From an uncultured Pseudomonadota bacterium (GTDB lineage: Bacteria; Pseudomonadota; Alphaproteobacteria; JACZXZ01): a DNA stretch of 64,000 nucleotides. Shown in pieces: positions 1 to 9,854 of this stretch (within the stretch, counting starts at the first letter, position 1; each line of letters begins with the position of its first letter). The notes under the pieces were generated by a model, which searched no databases, had not been told where the DNA came from, and worked only from the letters and a program-made list of their open reading frames with translations. The translations under genes and the position numbers were made by a program. The stretch is taken from positions 1,184,001-1,248,000 of the forward strand of contig CAVVLJ010000016.1 of NCBI GenBank assembly GCA_963749075.1. Direction: 5' to 3'.

Positions 1-684
1 GCGCACGAAGGCGGGCTCGTTGCGCTTCCCGCGCATGGGCACGGGTGCGAGATAGGGCGCGTCCGTCTCGACGAGGAGGCGCTCGAGGGGCATGGCCTTG
101 ACGGTCTCGCGCAAAGACCCGGCGCCCTTGAAGGTGATGATGCCCGAGATCGAGACGTAGAAGCCGCGCTCGACGGCGAAGGCGGCAAGCGCCGGACCCG
201 CGGTAAAGCAGTGGATGACGCCCCTCAGGCCGCCCTCCCGCCCCTCCTCCGCAAGGATGCGCATGGTGTCCTCGTCGGCATCGCGGGTGTGCACGATGAG
301 CGGCAGGCCGCTCGCGCGCGCCGCACGGGCGTGGGCGCGGAAGGCGCGGGCTTGCGCCTCGCGCGGGCTGTGCTCGTAATAATAATCGAGGCCGCTCTCG
401 CCGATGCCGACGACGCGCGGGTGGCGCGCGAGCTCAGCCAGGCGCTCGGCGTCGTCCGCCCCCTCCTCCGCCGCCGCCTCGTGCGGATGGACGCCGACCG
501 AGCACCACACCTCGGCGTGCCGCTCGGCGAGCTTGAGCACGCGGCCGAACTCGCTGAGCTTGGTCGAGATCGTCACCATGGCGGCGACGCCGGCCTGGCC
601 TGCGCGCGCGAGCACGCCGTCGAGCTCCTGGGAGAGCTCGGGGAAGTCGAGATGGCAATGGCTGTCGACGAGCTTCGTCTGCAC
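1..684 (-). CDS. tatD: TatD family hydrolase (3' end runs off the window)
   Basis: Minus-strand reading from GTG 684 gives LVDSHCHLDF and, near the window edge, LLVETDAPYLAPVPMRGKRNEPAFV; lies downstream of metG. Confidence 0.93.
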   Translation of the reverse strand, partial: MQTKLVDSHCHLDFPELSQELDGVLARAGQAGVAAMVTISTKLSEFGRVLKLAERHAEVWCSVGVHPHEAAAEEGADDAERLAELARHPRVVGIGESGLDYYYEHSPREAQARAFRAHARAARASGLPLIVHTRDADEDTMRILAEEGREGGLRGVIHCFTAGPALAAFAVERGFYVSISGIITFKGAGSLRETVKAMPLERLLVETDAPYLAPVPMRGKRNEPAFVR

Positions 685-757
685 GGCCGCCTCACGCCCT
701 TCCGCCGCTCCGCTTCGACTATGCGCTCGGCGCCGCAGCGTCAAGCCCTCGGCGATA

Positions 758-913
758 TCTCCCTCTCCTCCTTCAGGAGGAGAGGGCGGGCCCCATCGCG
801 AAGCGATGGGAGGGTGAGGAGGCGGAGCCCTTGCGCGCCTCTGCGGTCGACGATGTGCCTTGCAAAGCTGCCTCCTCACCCCGACCCTCTCCTCCTAAAG
901 GAGGAGAGGGAGA
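758..913. repeat. Inverted pair of REP-like palindromes (CCCTCTCCTCC-N3-GGAGGAGAGGG hairpins)
   Basis: 758-823 and 870-913 are reverse complements apart from an internal hairpin insert; each unit is itself a hairpin. Confidence 0.8.
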
Positions 914-984
914 GTGCGAATGTGAACTCCTTGAGCGAGCGCCCGCCCGAGCCGTAATATCGCGCGGCCTTTTCGGGGAGCGAC

Positions 985-1960
985 ATGAGCGCCAGCGACG
1001 ACCGCCGTTACGCCCCTCTCGATTCCGCCGTGGTGCCGCGCTTCGCGCAGCCCGCGACCTTCATGCGCACGCCACAGGTGGCCGATGCGGCGGAGCTCGA
1101 GATCGCCCTCGCCGGCATTCCCTTCGACCTCGGCTCGACCAACCGGGCCGGCCCCCGCCACGGCCCGGCGCAGATCCGCGAGATGTCCCGCCTCATCCGC
1201 CAGGTGAACGCCACGAGCCGCATCGCTCCCTTCGAGCTCTGCCGCGTGGGCGACATCGGCGACGCGCCGGTCAATCCCCTCGACCTCCTCGGCAGCATCG
1301 CCTCGATCGCCGGGTTCTACGCGGCACTCCACGCCAAGTCGGTGGTTCCCGTCTCGGCCGGCGGCGACCATACGGTGACGCTGCCCATCCTCCGCGGCAT
1401 CGCCAAGGAGGGCCCGCTCGGCCTCGTCCACTTCGACGCCCACGCGGACACCCTCGACGAGCTCCTCGGCAGCAGGATCAATCACGCCACACCCTTCCGC
1501 CGCGCCGTCGAGGAGAAGCTCGTCGATCCGCGCCGCACCGTGCAGATCGGCCTGCGCGGCACGCGCTACAGCGACGACGACATCCAGTACGGCTACGACA
1601 TGGGGATGCGCGTCATCACCATGGACGATTTCGACGAGATGGGGCGCAAGGCCGTCATCGCGGAGACGCGGCGCGTGGTGGGCCAAGGCCCGGCCTACGT
1701 GACCTTCGACATCGACGGGCTCGACCCCGTCTTTTGCCCGGGCACGGGTGCCCCCGAGCCGGGCGGCCTCACCATGCGCGACGCGCAGGTGCTCATCCGC
1801 GGCCTCCAGGGCCTCGAGCTCGTCGGCGGCGACGTTCTGCGAGGTGTCGCCGCCGCTCGATCCCGCAGGTCACACCGCACTCAACGCGGCAAACCTCATG
1901 TTCGAGATTCTCTGCGTCACCGCCGACGCCGTGGCGCGCAGACGGCGCGCGACGGCCTGA
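985..1960 (+). CDS. Agmatinase/ureohydrolase family protein (one apparent +1 frameshift at ~1835)
   Basis: GGDH, HFDAHAD and TFDIDGLDP metal motifs; the C-terminus EVSPPLDPAGHTALNAANLMFEILC continues in another frame after GACGTTC at 1831-1837. Confidence 0.88.
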
Positions 1961-2010
1961 ACGCTCGCCTCCCGTTTGCGCCCAATGCTCGCCGCCGCTC
2001 AAGCGTGAGT

Positions 2011-2049
2011 CACCCCCTCCCCACCCTCCCCCTTCAAGGGGGAGGGGGG
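2011..2049. repeat. REP-like hairpin between convergent genes (possible terminator)
   Basis: CCCTCCCCCTT-C-AAGGGGGAGGG palindrome, same style as 758-913. Confidence 0.65.
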
Positions 2050-2064
2050 CGTGCTGCGCAAGTG

Positions 2065-3627
2065 CTACCCCGCTGCCTCCGCCTCGCGCTCGACGTAGCG
2101 CGGGAAGACGCCTTCTGGCTTGGGCACCGCCCTACCGGGTGTAAGCCGGCCCGCCTCCCCCAAGCTCGCGAAGCTGCGCGCCTCCGCCGGTACGGCGAGC
2201 TGGTCGAGAATGCGGCCTGCCGACTGCGGCATGAAAGGCTGCGCCAGGATGCCAAGGTGGCGGATCGTCTCGGCGAGGACGTAGAGCACGGTCGCCATGC
2301 GCGCGGGATCGCTCTTGCGCAGCGCCCAGGGGGCCCCGGCATCGACGTAGCGGTTGGCCTGGCCGATGACGCGCCACAGGGCCTCGAGTGAGCGGTGGAA
2401 GGCGCGCTCGGCCATATGGCCGCGCATCTCCGCGAGCACGGCCAGGGCCGCCTCGAGGAGGGTCTTGTCCGAGGCGGCGAGGTCGCCGGGCGCCGGCAGG
2501 GCGGCGCCGCAGTTGCGGTTGATCATGCTCAGCACGCGCTGCACCAGGTTGCCGAAATCGTTGGCCAGGTCGCCGTTGATGCGGCTCACCATGGTCTCGT
2601 GGCTGATGTAGCCGTCGGCGCCGAAGGGCACCTCGCGGAAGAGGTAATAGCGCACCGCATCGAGGCCGTATTGCGCCACAAGGTTGGCCGGCCGGATGAC
2701 GTTGCCGAGCGACTTCGACATCTTCTCGCCGCGGTTCAGGAGCCAGCCGTGGGCGAACACCTGGCGCGGCGGCGCCAGACCTGCCGCCATCAGGAAGGCC
2801 GGCCAATAGACCGCATGGAAGCGCAGGATGTCCTTGCCTACAACATGAAGAGAGACGGGCCAAAGCCTTGTAAACGCCTCGCTTTCCGTATCCGGGAAAC
2901 CGAGAGCGGTGATGTAGTTGGTGAGCGCGTCGAGCCACACGTACATGACGTGCGCCGGGTCGTCCGGCACCGGTACGCCCCATTTGAGCGTGGGGCGCGA
3001 GACCGGCAGGTCGCGCAAGCCACCGGTGACGAAGCTGATCACCTCGTTCTTCCGGTTTTCCGGCTCCATGAAGCCGGGATGCTTCGCGTAGAACTCGAGG
3101 AGCGGCTGCTGCCACTTTGAAAGCCTGAAGAAATAATTGGGCTCCTCGACCCACTCGACCTCGGCGCCGGAGGGTGCCAGCCGCTTGCCGTCGCTGCCGA
3201 GCGTGAGCTCCCCCTCGCCGTAGAAGGCCTCGTCGCGTACGGCGTACCAGCCGGCATAGGTGCCGAGATAGATCTCGCCCGCCGCCTTGAGCCGGCGCCA
3301 CAGCTCCTGGCTGGCGCGCGCGTGGCGCGGCTCGGTCGTGCGGATGAACTCGTCGTTCGAGAGGTTGAGGAGGCGGTCCATGTCGCGGAAGTTCTGCGCG
3401 ACCTTGTCGCAGAAGGCCTGGGGCTCCATGCCGGCGGCGCGCGCCGATTTCTCGACCTTCTGGCCGTGCTCGTCGGTGCCGGTGAGGAACTTCACGCGAT
3501 AGCCGTCGAGGCGCATGAAGCGCGCCAGCACGTCGCAGGCCATGGAGGTATAGGCATGGCCGATGTGCGGCACGTCGTTCACGTAGAAGATCGGCGTCGT
3601 GATGTAAAACGACCGCTCGACGGTCAT
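2065..3627 (-). CDS. metG: Methionine--tRNA ligase
   Basis: ITTPIFYVN, HIGH, GTDEHGQK, YVWLDAL, GKDILRFH and KMSKS motifs. Confidence 0.98.
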   Translation of the reverse strand: MTVERSFYITTPIFYVNDVPHIGHAYTSMACDVLARFMRLDGYRVKFLTGTDEHGQKVEKSARAAGMEPQAFCDKVAQNFRDMDRLLNLSNDEFIRTTEPRHARASQELWRRLKAAGEIYLGTYAGWYAVRDEAFYGEGELTLGSDGKRLAPSGAEVEWVEEPNYFFRLSKWQQPLLEFYAKHPGFMEPENRKNEVISFVTGGLRDLPVSRPTLKWGVPVPDDPAHVMYVWLDALTNYITALGFPDTESEAFTRLWPVSLHVVGKDILRFHAVYWPAFLMAAGLAPPRQVFAHGWLLNRGEKMSKSLGNVIRPANLVAQYGLDAVRYYLFREVPFGADGYISHETMVSRINGDLANDFGNLVQRVLSMINRNCGAALPAPGDLAASDKTLLEAALAVLAEMRGHMAERAFHRSLEALWRVIGQANRYVDAGAPWALRKSDPARMATVLYVLAETIRHLGILAQPFMPQSAGRILDQLAVPAEARSFASLGEAGRLTPGRAVPKPEGVFPRYVEREAEAAG

Positions 3628-3656
3628 TCTCGCCTCCTGGTGGCCGCCCCGGACGC

Positions 3657-4760
3657 CTAGGGGCGCAGGGCGGCCTCAAGCGCCAGGAAGGCGTTGAGCA
3701 CCACTTGCTTGCGCTCGAGATTGACGCTGTCCGCCCGGGAGAGCAGGTATGCGGTCTTTTCCCATACCTCCAGCCAGCGATCAAGCCCGGCAGCGGCGGC
3801 GAGCCTGGCCGAGAGCGCCCCCTCGCCCGCCATCGCCTCATGTTGCTGCTCGCGCGTGCCGGCAGCGCGGACGAGCCGCGCCAGCCACCAGACGAGAAGC
3901 TCGCCGAGCGTGCGAAAGGCCGCCTCCCCTTGGACGCCCGCCATGCGATCGGCAAGCCGGTGGAGTGCCGCGGCATCGAGCCGCGGCAGCGTAGCGAGGA
4001 GCGCCATCATCTCGCGGAAGAGCGCCAGGCCGCCGCCCTCGGCAAGCTCGAGCGCGCGGCCGGGGCTGCCCTCGGCCAAGCGCTCGAGGAGCCGGGCCTC
4101 CTCGCCCGCGAGCGCCGGCAGCCGCTCGGCCAGGAAGCGCTGCATGGCCGCCTCGCCGAGCGGCTTGAGCTCGAGCCGGCGGCAGCGCGAACGGATGGTG
4201 GCAAGCAAGCGGCCCGATGCATGGCTCACCAAGAGGATGAGGGCGCGCGGCGGCGGCTCCTCCACGATCTTGAGCACCGCATTGGCGGCGTTGCGGTTCA
4301 TCTCCTCGGCGCCGTCGATGACCACCACGCGCCAGCCGCCCTCGGCCGGCGTGAGATGGAGAAACTCCGCGACCGTGCGTGCGTCGTCGACGCCGATTTC
4401 CGTCTTGAAGCGGCGGCGCTCCTCATCGAAGCGCCGTTCGAGGATGAGGAGATCGGCGTGGCCGCCCGAGGCCACGCGGCGAAAGACGGGATGCGCGGGC
4501 GCCAGCGCGAGGCTCCTCGCGGGCGCTGCATCGCCCAGGAGGTCGCCGCTTTCCGCCGCCCCGCCCCCGGCCAGCACGAAACGGGCAAAGCGGTAGGCGA
4601 GCGTCGCCTTGCCGATGCCGCGCGGCCCCGAGACGAGCCAGGCGTGGGCGAGCCGGCCGCTCGCCGCCGCACCGAGCAGTGCCGCCTCCGCGGCCTCGTG
4701 GCCGTAAAGCCTCTCGTTGGCACGCGGGCTCGGCCCGCCGCTCGCCGCATCCTCGCTCAT
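3657..4760 (-). CDS. holB: DNA polymerase III subunit delta'
   Basis: HAWLVSGPRGIGKAT, NAANAVLKIVEEPP, TIRSRC; between tmk and metG; start taken at ATG 4760. Confidence 0.95.
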   Translation of the reverse strand: MSEDAASGGPSPRANERLYGHEAAEAALLGAAASGRLAHAWLVSGPRGIGKATLAYRFARFVLAGGGAAESGDLLGDAAPARSLALAPAHPVFRRVASGGHADLLILERRFDEERRRFKTEIGVDDARTVAEFLHLTPAEGGWRVVVIDGAEEMNRNAANAVLKIVEEPPPRALILLVSHASGRLLATIRSRCRRLELKPLGEAAMQRFLAERLPALAGEEARLLERLAEGSPGRALELAEGGGLALFREMMALLATLPRLDAAALHRLADRMAGVQGEAAFRTLGELLVWWLARLVRAAGTREQQHEAMAGEGALSARLAAAAGLDRWLEVWEKTAYLLSRADSVNLERKQVVLNAFLALEAALRP

Positions 4761-4767
4761 GGGCCGA

Positions 4768-5403
4768 TCATAGCGCCAAGGCGAAGCGTTGGGCCACGAT
4801 GCGCCGGAGTGCCGCCTGCACCGCCTCGCGCGAGGGGCTCGCGTCGATGACGCGGCAGCGCTCGGGCTCGCGGCGCGCGATCTCGAGAAAACCCTCGCGC
4901 AGACGCTGGTGAAAGCCGAGGTCCATGCGCTCGTAGCGGTTCTCGACCTGCTTCCGCCGCCCGGCGCGCTCGAGGCCGAGCGCGACCGGGAGATCGAGGA
5001 TGAGGGTGAGGTCGGGTGCAAAATCGCCGAGTGCCAGCCGATGCACCGTCTCGCACGGCGCGCGGCCGAGGCCGTGGCCGTAGCCCTGGTAGGCCAGCGT
5101 CGAGTCGGCGAAGCGGTCGCACACGACCCAGGCGCCGCGCGCCAGCGCCGGCTCGATCGTGCGCGTCACATGCTCGCGGCGGCCCGCCACATAGAGCAGA
5201 AGCTCGCTCACCGGATCCCAGCGGCCGGCCTCGCCATCGACCAGGAGCTTGCGGATCTCCTCGGCCGCCGGCGCGCCGCCGGGCTCGCGCGTGGCGACGA
5301 CCTCGAGTCCGGCGGCACGCAGCCCCTCGGCAAGCAGCCGGCTCTGGCTCGTCTTTCCCGCCCCTTCCCCGCCCTCGAGAGTGATGAAGGAGCCCCGGCT
5401 CAT
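4768..5403 (-). CDS. tmk: dTMP kinase
   Basis: FITLEGGEGAGKT, TREPGG, CDRFADSTLAYQG. Confidence 0.97.
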   Translation of the reverse strand: MSRGSFITLEGGEGAGKTSQSRLLAEGLRAAGLEVVATREPGGAPAAEEIRKLLVDGEAGRWDPVSELLLYVAGRREHVTRTIEPALARGAWVVCDRFADSTLAYQGYGHGLGRAPCETVHRLALGDFAPDLTLILDLPVALGLERAGRRKQVENRYERMDLGFHQRLREGFLEIARREPERCRVIDASPSREAVQAALRRIVAQRFALAL

Positions 5404-5443
5404 CGGCCGCGCGGAATGGCGCTGGGGCCGGGCCGCAGCCCTC

Positions 5444-6643
5444 TCATTTGCTCTGGCCCCAGACGAGATAATGCATGGCCGCGGCGATGCGGCCGAGGGA
5501 GCCGAGCCGCTCGACCGCCTCCCCGGCGCTGAGCGGCTGCTCCATGTCCGGCACGTCGGGCGCTTCGACGGTGACCTTGGCGATCACCGCACCCTTGGCG
5601 ATCGGCGCCGCCACCGGCCCGTCATAGCTCACCGTGACCTTCATCTTCTCGCGCGACAGGCGCGGCAGCGTCACGATGACGTCGCGGTCGGCGACCAGCG
5701 GCACGGTCGGCTGGGTGCCGAGCCAGACCTCGGCCTCGCTCGCCTTCTCTCCCGCCTTGAAGAGCGTGTAGTTGCCCCACTCGCGATAGCCCCAGTCGAG
5801 CAGCTTCTCCGACTCGCGCGAGCGCTCGTTGACCGACGACATGCCGTTGAGCACGAGAATGAGGCGCCGCCCGTCGCGGATCGCCGATGCGGTGAGGCCG
5901 TAGCCGCCGGCGTCCGTGTGGCCGGTCTTGATACCGTCGACACTGTCCTTCTTATAGAGGAGCGGATTGCGGTTGCCCTGCTTGATGCCCCCGTAAGTGA
6001 ACTCGATCTCCTTGAAATAATGATAGAAATCCGGGAAGTCGGTGATCAGGTGGCGGGCCAGGGTGGCGAGATCGCGCGCCGTCATGTACTGCTCCGGGTC
6101 GGGCAGGCCAGAGGCATCGACGAAGTGGCTGCCGGTGAGCCCCAGCGTCTTCGCCGTCTTGTTCATCTCCTCGGCGAAGGCCTGCTCGCTGCCCGAGAGC
6201 CCCTCGGCCACCACCACGCAGGCGTCGTTGCCCGACTGCACGGCGATGCCTTGGATGAGGTCCTCGACGCGCACGCGGCTGTTCAACTGGACGAACATCT
6301 TCGAGCCGCCCGTGCGCCAGGCCTTCTCGCTCACCGCGAGCGTATCGTCGAGCTTGATGCGCCCTTCCTTGACGCGCTGGAAGAGGATGTAGAGCGTCAT
6401 CATCTTGCTCATCGACGACGGCGCCATGCGCTCGTCGGCATTCTTCGCGAAGAGCACGGCGCCGGTGTAGTAGTCGACCATGATGGCCTGCTTGGCCGAG
6501 GTGTCGATGCTCGGCAGCGCGGCCAGGGCGCGCCCGGGGGAGAGCGCTGCGAGCAAGGCGAGGAGGCTTGCGAGGAAGAGCCCGCGGCGGCGCCGAGCGG
6601 CCGCCGTTGCGAGCGAGGCAAGAGTGCCGGCGAATGCGATCAT
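5444..6643 (-). CDS. dacA: D-alanyl-D-alanine carboxypeptidase (PBP5/6 family)
   Basis: SMSK, SGN and KTG penicillin-binding motifs; signal-like N-terminus; start uncertain. Confidence 0.92.
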   Translation of the reverse strand: MIAFAGTLASLATAAARRRRGLFLASLLALLAALSPGRALAALPSIDTSAKQAIMVDYYTGAVLFAKNADERMAPSSMSKMMTLYILFQRVKEGRIKLDDTLAVSEKAWRTGGSKMFVQLNSRVRVEDLIQGIAVQSGNDACVVVAEGLSGSEQAFAEEMNKTAKTLGLTGSHFVDASGLPDPEQYMTARDLATLARHLITDFPDFYHYFKEIEFTYGGIKQGNRNPLLYKKDSVDGIKTGHTDAGGYGLTASAIRDGRRLILVLNGMSSVNERSRESEKLLDWGYREWGNYTLFKAGEKASEAEVWLGTQPTVPLVADRDVIVTLPRLSREKMKVTVSYDGPVAAPIAKGAVIAKVTVEAPDVPDMEQPLSAGEAVERLGSLGRIAAAMHYLVWGQSK

Positions 6644-6786
6644 GACGCGTAGGATATCCTTATGCTTGCCGCGATGCGGCAGCGGGCGGCGCTCCCACTT
6701 GCGGCCATCGCCCGGCGCCTCCCCATCGTCCATCTAGTATAGACCGATTGCGCCGAAACTTTGGCGCGGCACCTTCGCCGGCCATG

Positions 6787-7854
6787 CTATTCGACGACGA
6801 TCCGCGCGTCGTGGTAACCCGCGCGCACCGCGAGGTCGAGCAGTCTGTCGGCGTCGTCGACGCTGGACGCGGGGCCAACGCGCACGCGGTAAAAGGCTTG
6901 CCCGTCGATGCTCGCCTCTGTGATCTTGCTGGCGCCCATGACAGCGACCTTGGCGCGCAGGCGGCTCGCGTTGTCGTATTGGCTGAAGGCACCGACCTGG
7001 ACATAGATCGAGGTCGGCTTCACCGGCTCGACGGCGACCGCCTGCGCGAGCACGGCCTGGACCGGGTCGGGGGGAGCGCTCGAAGTCACCGGTGCGAGGA
7101 ACGGCGCGTCCTGGGCCACCACCGGTGCGGGAGCCGGTGCCGCGGCGGGGGCCGCTGCCGAGGACGGTGGAGGGGGCGGCGGCACTGCCGCAGATGCGGC
7201 CGGCGCCTGCTGCGGCGGCGGCTGAGCGGGCGGCGGCATTGCCGCGGCGGGCGGCGGCGCCAGCCCCTCGGCGCTCACCTTCTCGGTCGGCACCGCCGCG
7301 GCGATGCGCTCGGCGGTGGGAATCTCGCCCTGCTGGGCCAAGAGGACCGCCTGACGGCTCTCGTCGGGAAGGATCTGCACCCGCACCTTGGCCGTGCCGG
7401 TGCCGACCATGCCGATGAGCTGCGCGGCACGGCGCGACAAATCGATGACCCGCCCGCGCACATAAGGCCCGCGGTCGTTGATCCGCACCACGATCGAGCG
7501 GCCGTTATCGAGGTTGGTGACCCGCACGATGCTCGGCAGCGGCAGCGTCGGATGGGCGGCGGTGAGGTCGTTCATGTTGTAGACCTCGCCGCTCGCGGTG
7601 TACTTGCCGTGGAAATCCGGCCCGTACCAGGAGGCGATGCCGGTCTCGTCGTAGTTGTAGTCGACTCGCGGATAGTACCAGACGCCATCGACCTGGTAGG
7701 GCGCGCCGACCTTGTAATAGCCGCGGCCCGACGGTCCCGCGGAGGGGGCCACCCCCTCCTTCGCCGGCGGCGGCGCGCTCCGCTCGCCGCAGCCGGCAAG
7801 GAGAGCGGCCGAGGCAATGGCCGTGGCGCAGAAGATGACCTTCCGCGGGCGCAT
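6787..7854 (-). CDS. rlpA: Septal ring lytic transglycosylase RlpA with SPOR domain
   Basis: Lipobox LAGC, GIASWYG, TAAHPTLP, RINDRGP, IDLS; Pro/Ala linker; C-terminal SPOR (YVQVGAF, YRVRVGP). Confidence 0.95.
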   Translation of the reverse strand: MRPRKVIFCATAIASAALLAGCGERSAPPPAKEGVAPSAGPSGRGYYKVGAPYQVDGVWYYPRVDYNYDETGIASWYGPDFHGKYTASGEVYNMNDLTAAHPTLPLPSIVRVTNLDNGRSIVVRINDRGPYVRGRVIDLSRRAAQLIGMVGTGTAKVRVQILPDESRQAVLLAQQGEIPTAERIAAAVPTEKVSAEGLAPPPAAAMPPPAQPPPQQAPAASAAVPPPPPPSSAAAPAAAPAPAPVVAQDAPFLAPVTSSAPPDPVQAVLAQAVAVEPVKPTSIYVQVGAFSQYDNASRLRAKVAVMGASKITEASIDGQAFYRVRVGPASSVDDADRLLDLAVRAGYHDARIVVE

Positions 7855-7901
7855 ATCTGGTGGACTCCCCCGATCTAGCCGCATCATCTAGTGGGCCTAG
7901 A

Positions 7902-8921
7902 TTACTGGCCCGCGATGCGATCGGCAAGCAGTCCGACGGCGGTGGCGAAGAAAACCGAGTGATTCCACCGCATGATGACGCGGAAATTGTCATAGACCAG
8001 GTAGGCGGGGCCGTCGTCGCCGGCCGGGAGCACGATGGAGGCGGCGAGCGTCGGGCCGGGGAGCGGCGTGCCGTCCGCCCGGCGCACGCCCAAGGCCGTC
8101 CATTCCGCGACCTCTTTCTCGGTCGCGAGCTCGGCGAGGGAGGCATCGAAGCCCTGGGGAAGCTTGACCTCCTCGCCCCAGCTCTCATCCGACTGCCAGC
8201 CGAGCTGGGCGAGATAATTGGCGGTCGAGGCGAAGACGTCGGCCGGATTGTGCCAGATGTCGCGCTGGCCCTTGCCCTCGTAGTCGACGGCATAGCGCAG
8301 GTAGCTCGACGGCATGAACTGGGCCTGGCCCATGGCGCCCGCCCAGGAGCCGCGCAGGCTCGCGAGATCGATGTAGCCGAGGTCGAGGATCTTGAGCGCG
8401 GCGACGAGCTCGCCCCGGAAATAGCCGGCGCGCCGGCCGTCATAGGCGAGCGTGGCCAGGGCCTCGATCACGGGATAGTCCCCCGTGGTGCGCCCGAAGT
8501 CGCTCTCGATTCCCCACAGCGCCACGATGAAGCGCGGCGCCACGCCGTAGCTCGCGGCGACCCGCTTGAGAAGAGCCTCGTTCTGCACCAGGAGGTCGCG
8601 GCCCCGTGCTACGCGAGTCGGCGAGACGACGCGCGAGACATATTCGTCGAAAGTGAGGGTGAATTCGGCCTGCTTGCGGTCGAGCTCGATGATGTGGGGG
8701 ATCGGCTCCACGTGAGCGAGCGCCGCATCGAGCGTGCGCTGGGATATGCCGTCCGTGCGCGCTTCGCTCTTGAAGTCGCGCAGCCAGGTCGCGAAGTCCA
8801 CGTCGTTGGCCGCGGCGGAAAGGCCGCCCGCCAGGAACAGCATCGCCGTTCCGGCAAGGGCGGCCGCGGCGTGCGTCCATGGGCGGCCGCGCGCCGCACG
8901 CCAGGCTCGCTTGAGCATCAT
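7902..8921 (-). CDS. mltB: Lytic murein transglycosylase (MltB family)
   Basis: ALWGIESDFG, GSWAGAMGQAQFMPSS, NFRVIMRWN. Confidence 0.92.
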   Translation of the reverse strand: MMLKRAWRAARGRPWTHAAAALAGTAMLFLAGGLSAAANDVDFATWLRDFKSEARTDGISQRTLDAALAHVEPIPHIIELDRKQAEFTLTFDEYVSRVVSPTRVARGRDLLVQNEALLKRVAASYGVAPRFIVALWGIESDFGRTTGDYPVIEALATLAYDGRRAGYFRGELVAALKILDLGYIDLASLRGSWAGAMGQAQFMPSSYLRYAVDYEGKGQRDIWHNPADVFASTANYLAQLGWQSDESWGEEVKLPQGFDASLAELATEKEVAEWTALGVRRADGTPLPGPTLAASIVLPAGDDGPAYLVYDNFRVIMRWNHSVFFATAVGLLADRIAGQ

Positions 8922-8981
8922 GGCGCCACTTCTGCCATAGGCTCGGGCGCGCGTAAAGCACTGCTCGCGGCGCCCGCGTTT

Positions 8982-9779
8982 CTAGGGTGCCGGGAACAGC
9001 GCATCGCTGCGCCCCATGAGCCGGTAAGCGACGAGGCCGAGCCACTCCTTGGCCGCGTCATCGAGGGTCGTGAGCGAAGCGGCGAATGCGAAGCGATTGA
9101 CGGCACGGCCGTCGCCGGTGGTGCGGAAATCGACCGGATCCGGGATGACGGCCCAGTGCGCCTGGCGAAAGACGCCCATCGCGCGCGGCATGTGCGCGGC
9201 CGAGGTGACGAGGAGCCATGTCTCGCCCGGCTTGGGCGCCGCGAGCTCCTTGCTGAAGAGGGCGTTTTCGTACGTGTTGCGCGAGCGGCTCTCGAGGATG
9301 AGCCGGGGCGGCGCCAAGCCCATCTCCGCGAAGAAGCGCCGGGCGATCTCGGCCTCGCTGAGCGGGCCGGGAAAGAGCCGGCCCGAGCCGCCCGTGAAGA
9401 GGACGCGCGCATCGGGAAAGAGGCGGGCGAGCCGGAGCGCCTCGGTAAGCCGCCCGGCACCTTCCGCCAGCGTCACCTGCCCGCGCGCAGCACTGATCTC
9501 CTCGTCGAGCGCCCCTCCCAGCACGATGATGCCGTCGGCGTGCGAAGGCAGGCTCGCGAGCTGCGGGAAGCGGTTCTCGAGCGGGCTCAGCAGAAGATCG
9601 GGGAGCGGCGTCAGCACGGCAACGGCGCCGGCCGCGGCTGCCAGGGCCACGAGCGCGCGCCCGAGGCGCCGCGCGCGCGTGCCCGGGCAATAGAGCAGAA
9701 TGGCGCCCGCGGCGAGGAGGAGGAGCAGGAAATTGCCCGGCCTCGCCACGAGAAAGAGGATCTTCGAGAGCACGAACAT
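8982..9779 (-). CDS. YdcF/DUF218 (ElyC-like) membrane protein
   Basis: IIVLGG, FTGGSG, ESRSRNTYENA, LVTSAAHMPRA, KEWLG. Confidence 0.9.
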   Translation of the reverse strand: MFVLSKILFLVARPGNFLLLLLAAGAILLYCPGTRARRLGRALVALAAAAGAVAVLTPLPDLLLSPLENRFPQLASLPSHADGIIVLGGALDEEISAARGQVTLAEGAGRLTEALRLARLFPDARVLFTGGSGRLFPGPLSEAEIARRFFAEMGLAPPRLILESRSRNTYENALFSKELAAPKPGETWLLVTSAAHMPRAMGVFRQAHWAVIPDPVDFRTTGDGRAVNRFAFAASLTTLDDAAKEWLGLVAYRLMGRSDALFPAP

Positions 9780-9854
9780 GGCGGCGCTTCATAGACCGTG
9801 CGGCCGGCAATGACAATTTCCGGCGCCGCCGACGCCGCACCCCGGCATCGCCCC

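Noticed and set aside
690-984. Guanidine riboswitch upstream of the ureohydrolase
   Set aside because: The structure is accounted for by REP-like palindromes; no paired ACGR loops or ykkC-type consensus were recognised.
7100-7270. GC-rich low-complexity repeats
   Set aside because: They encode the Pro/Ala linker of RlpA and are not a DNA repeat array.
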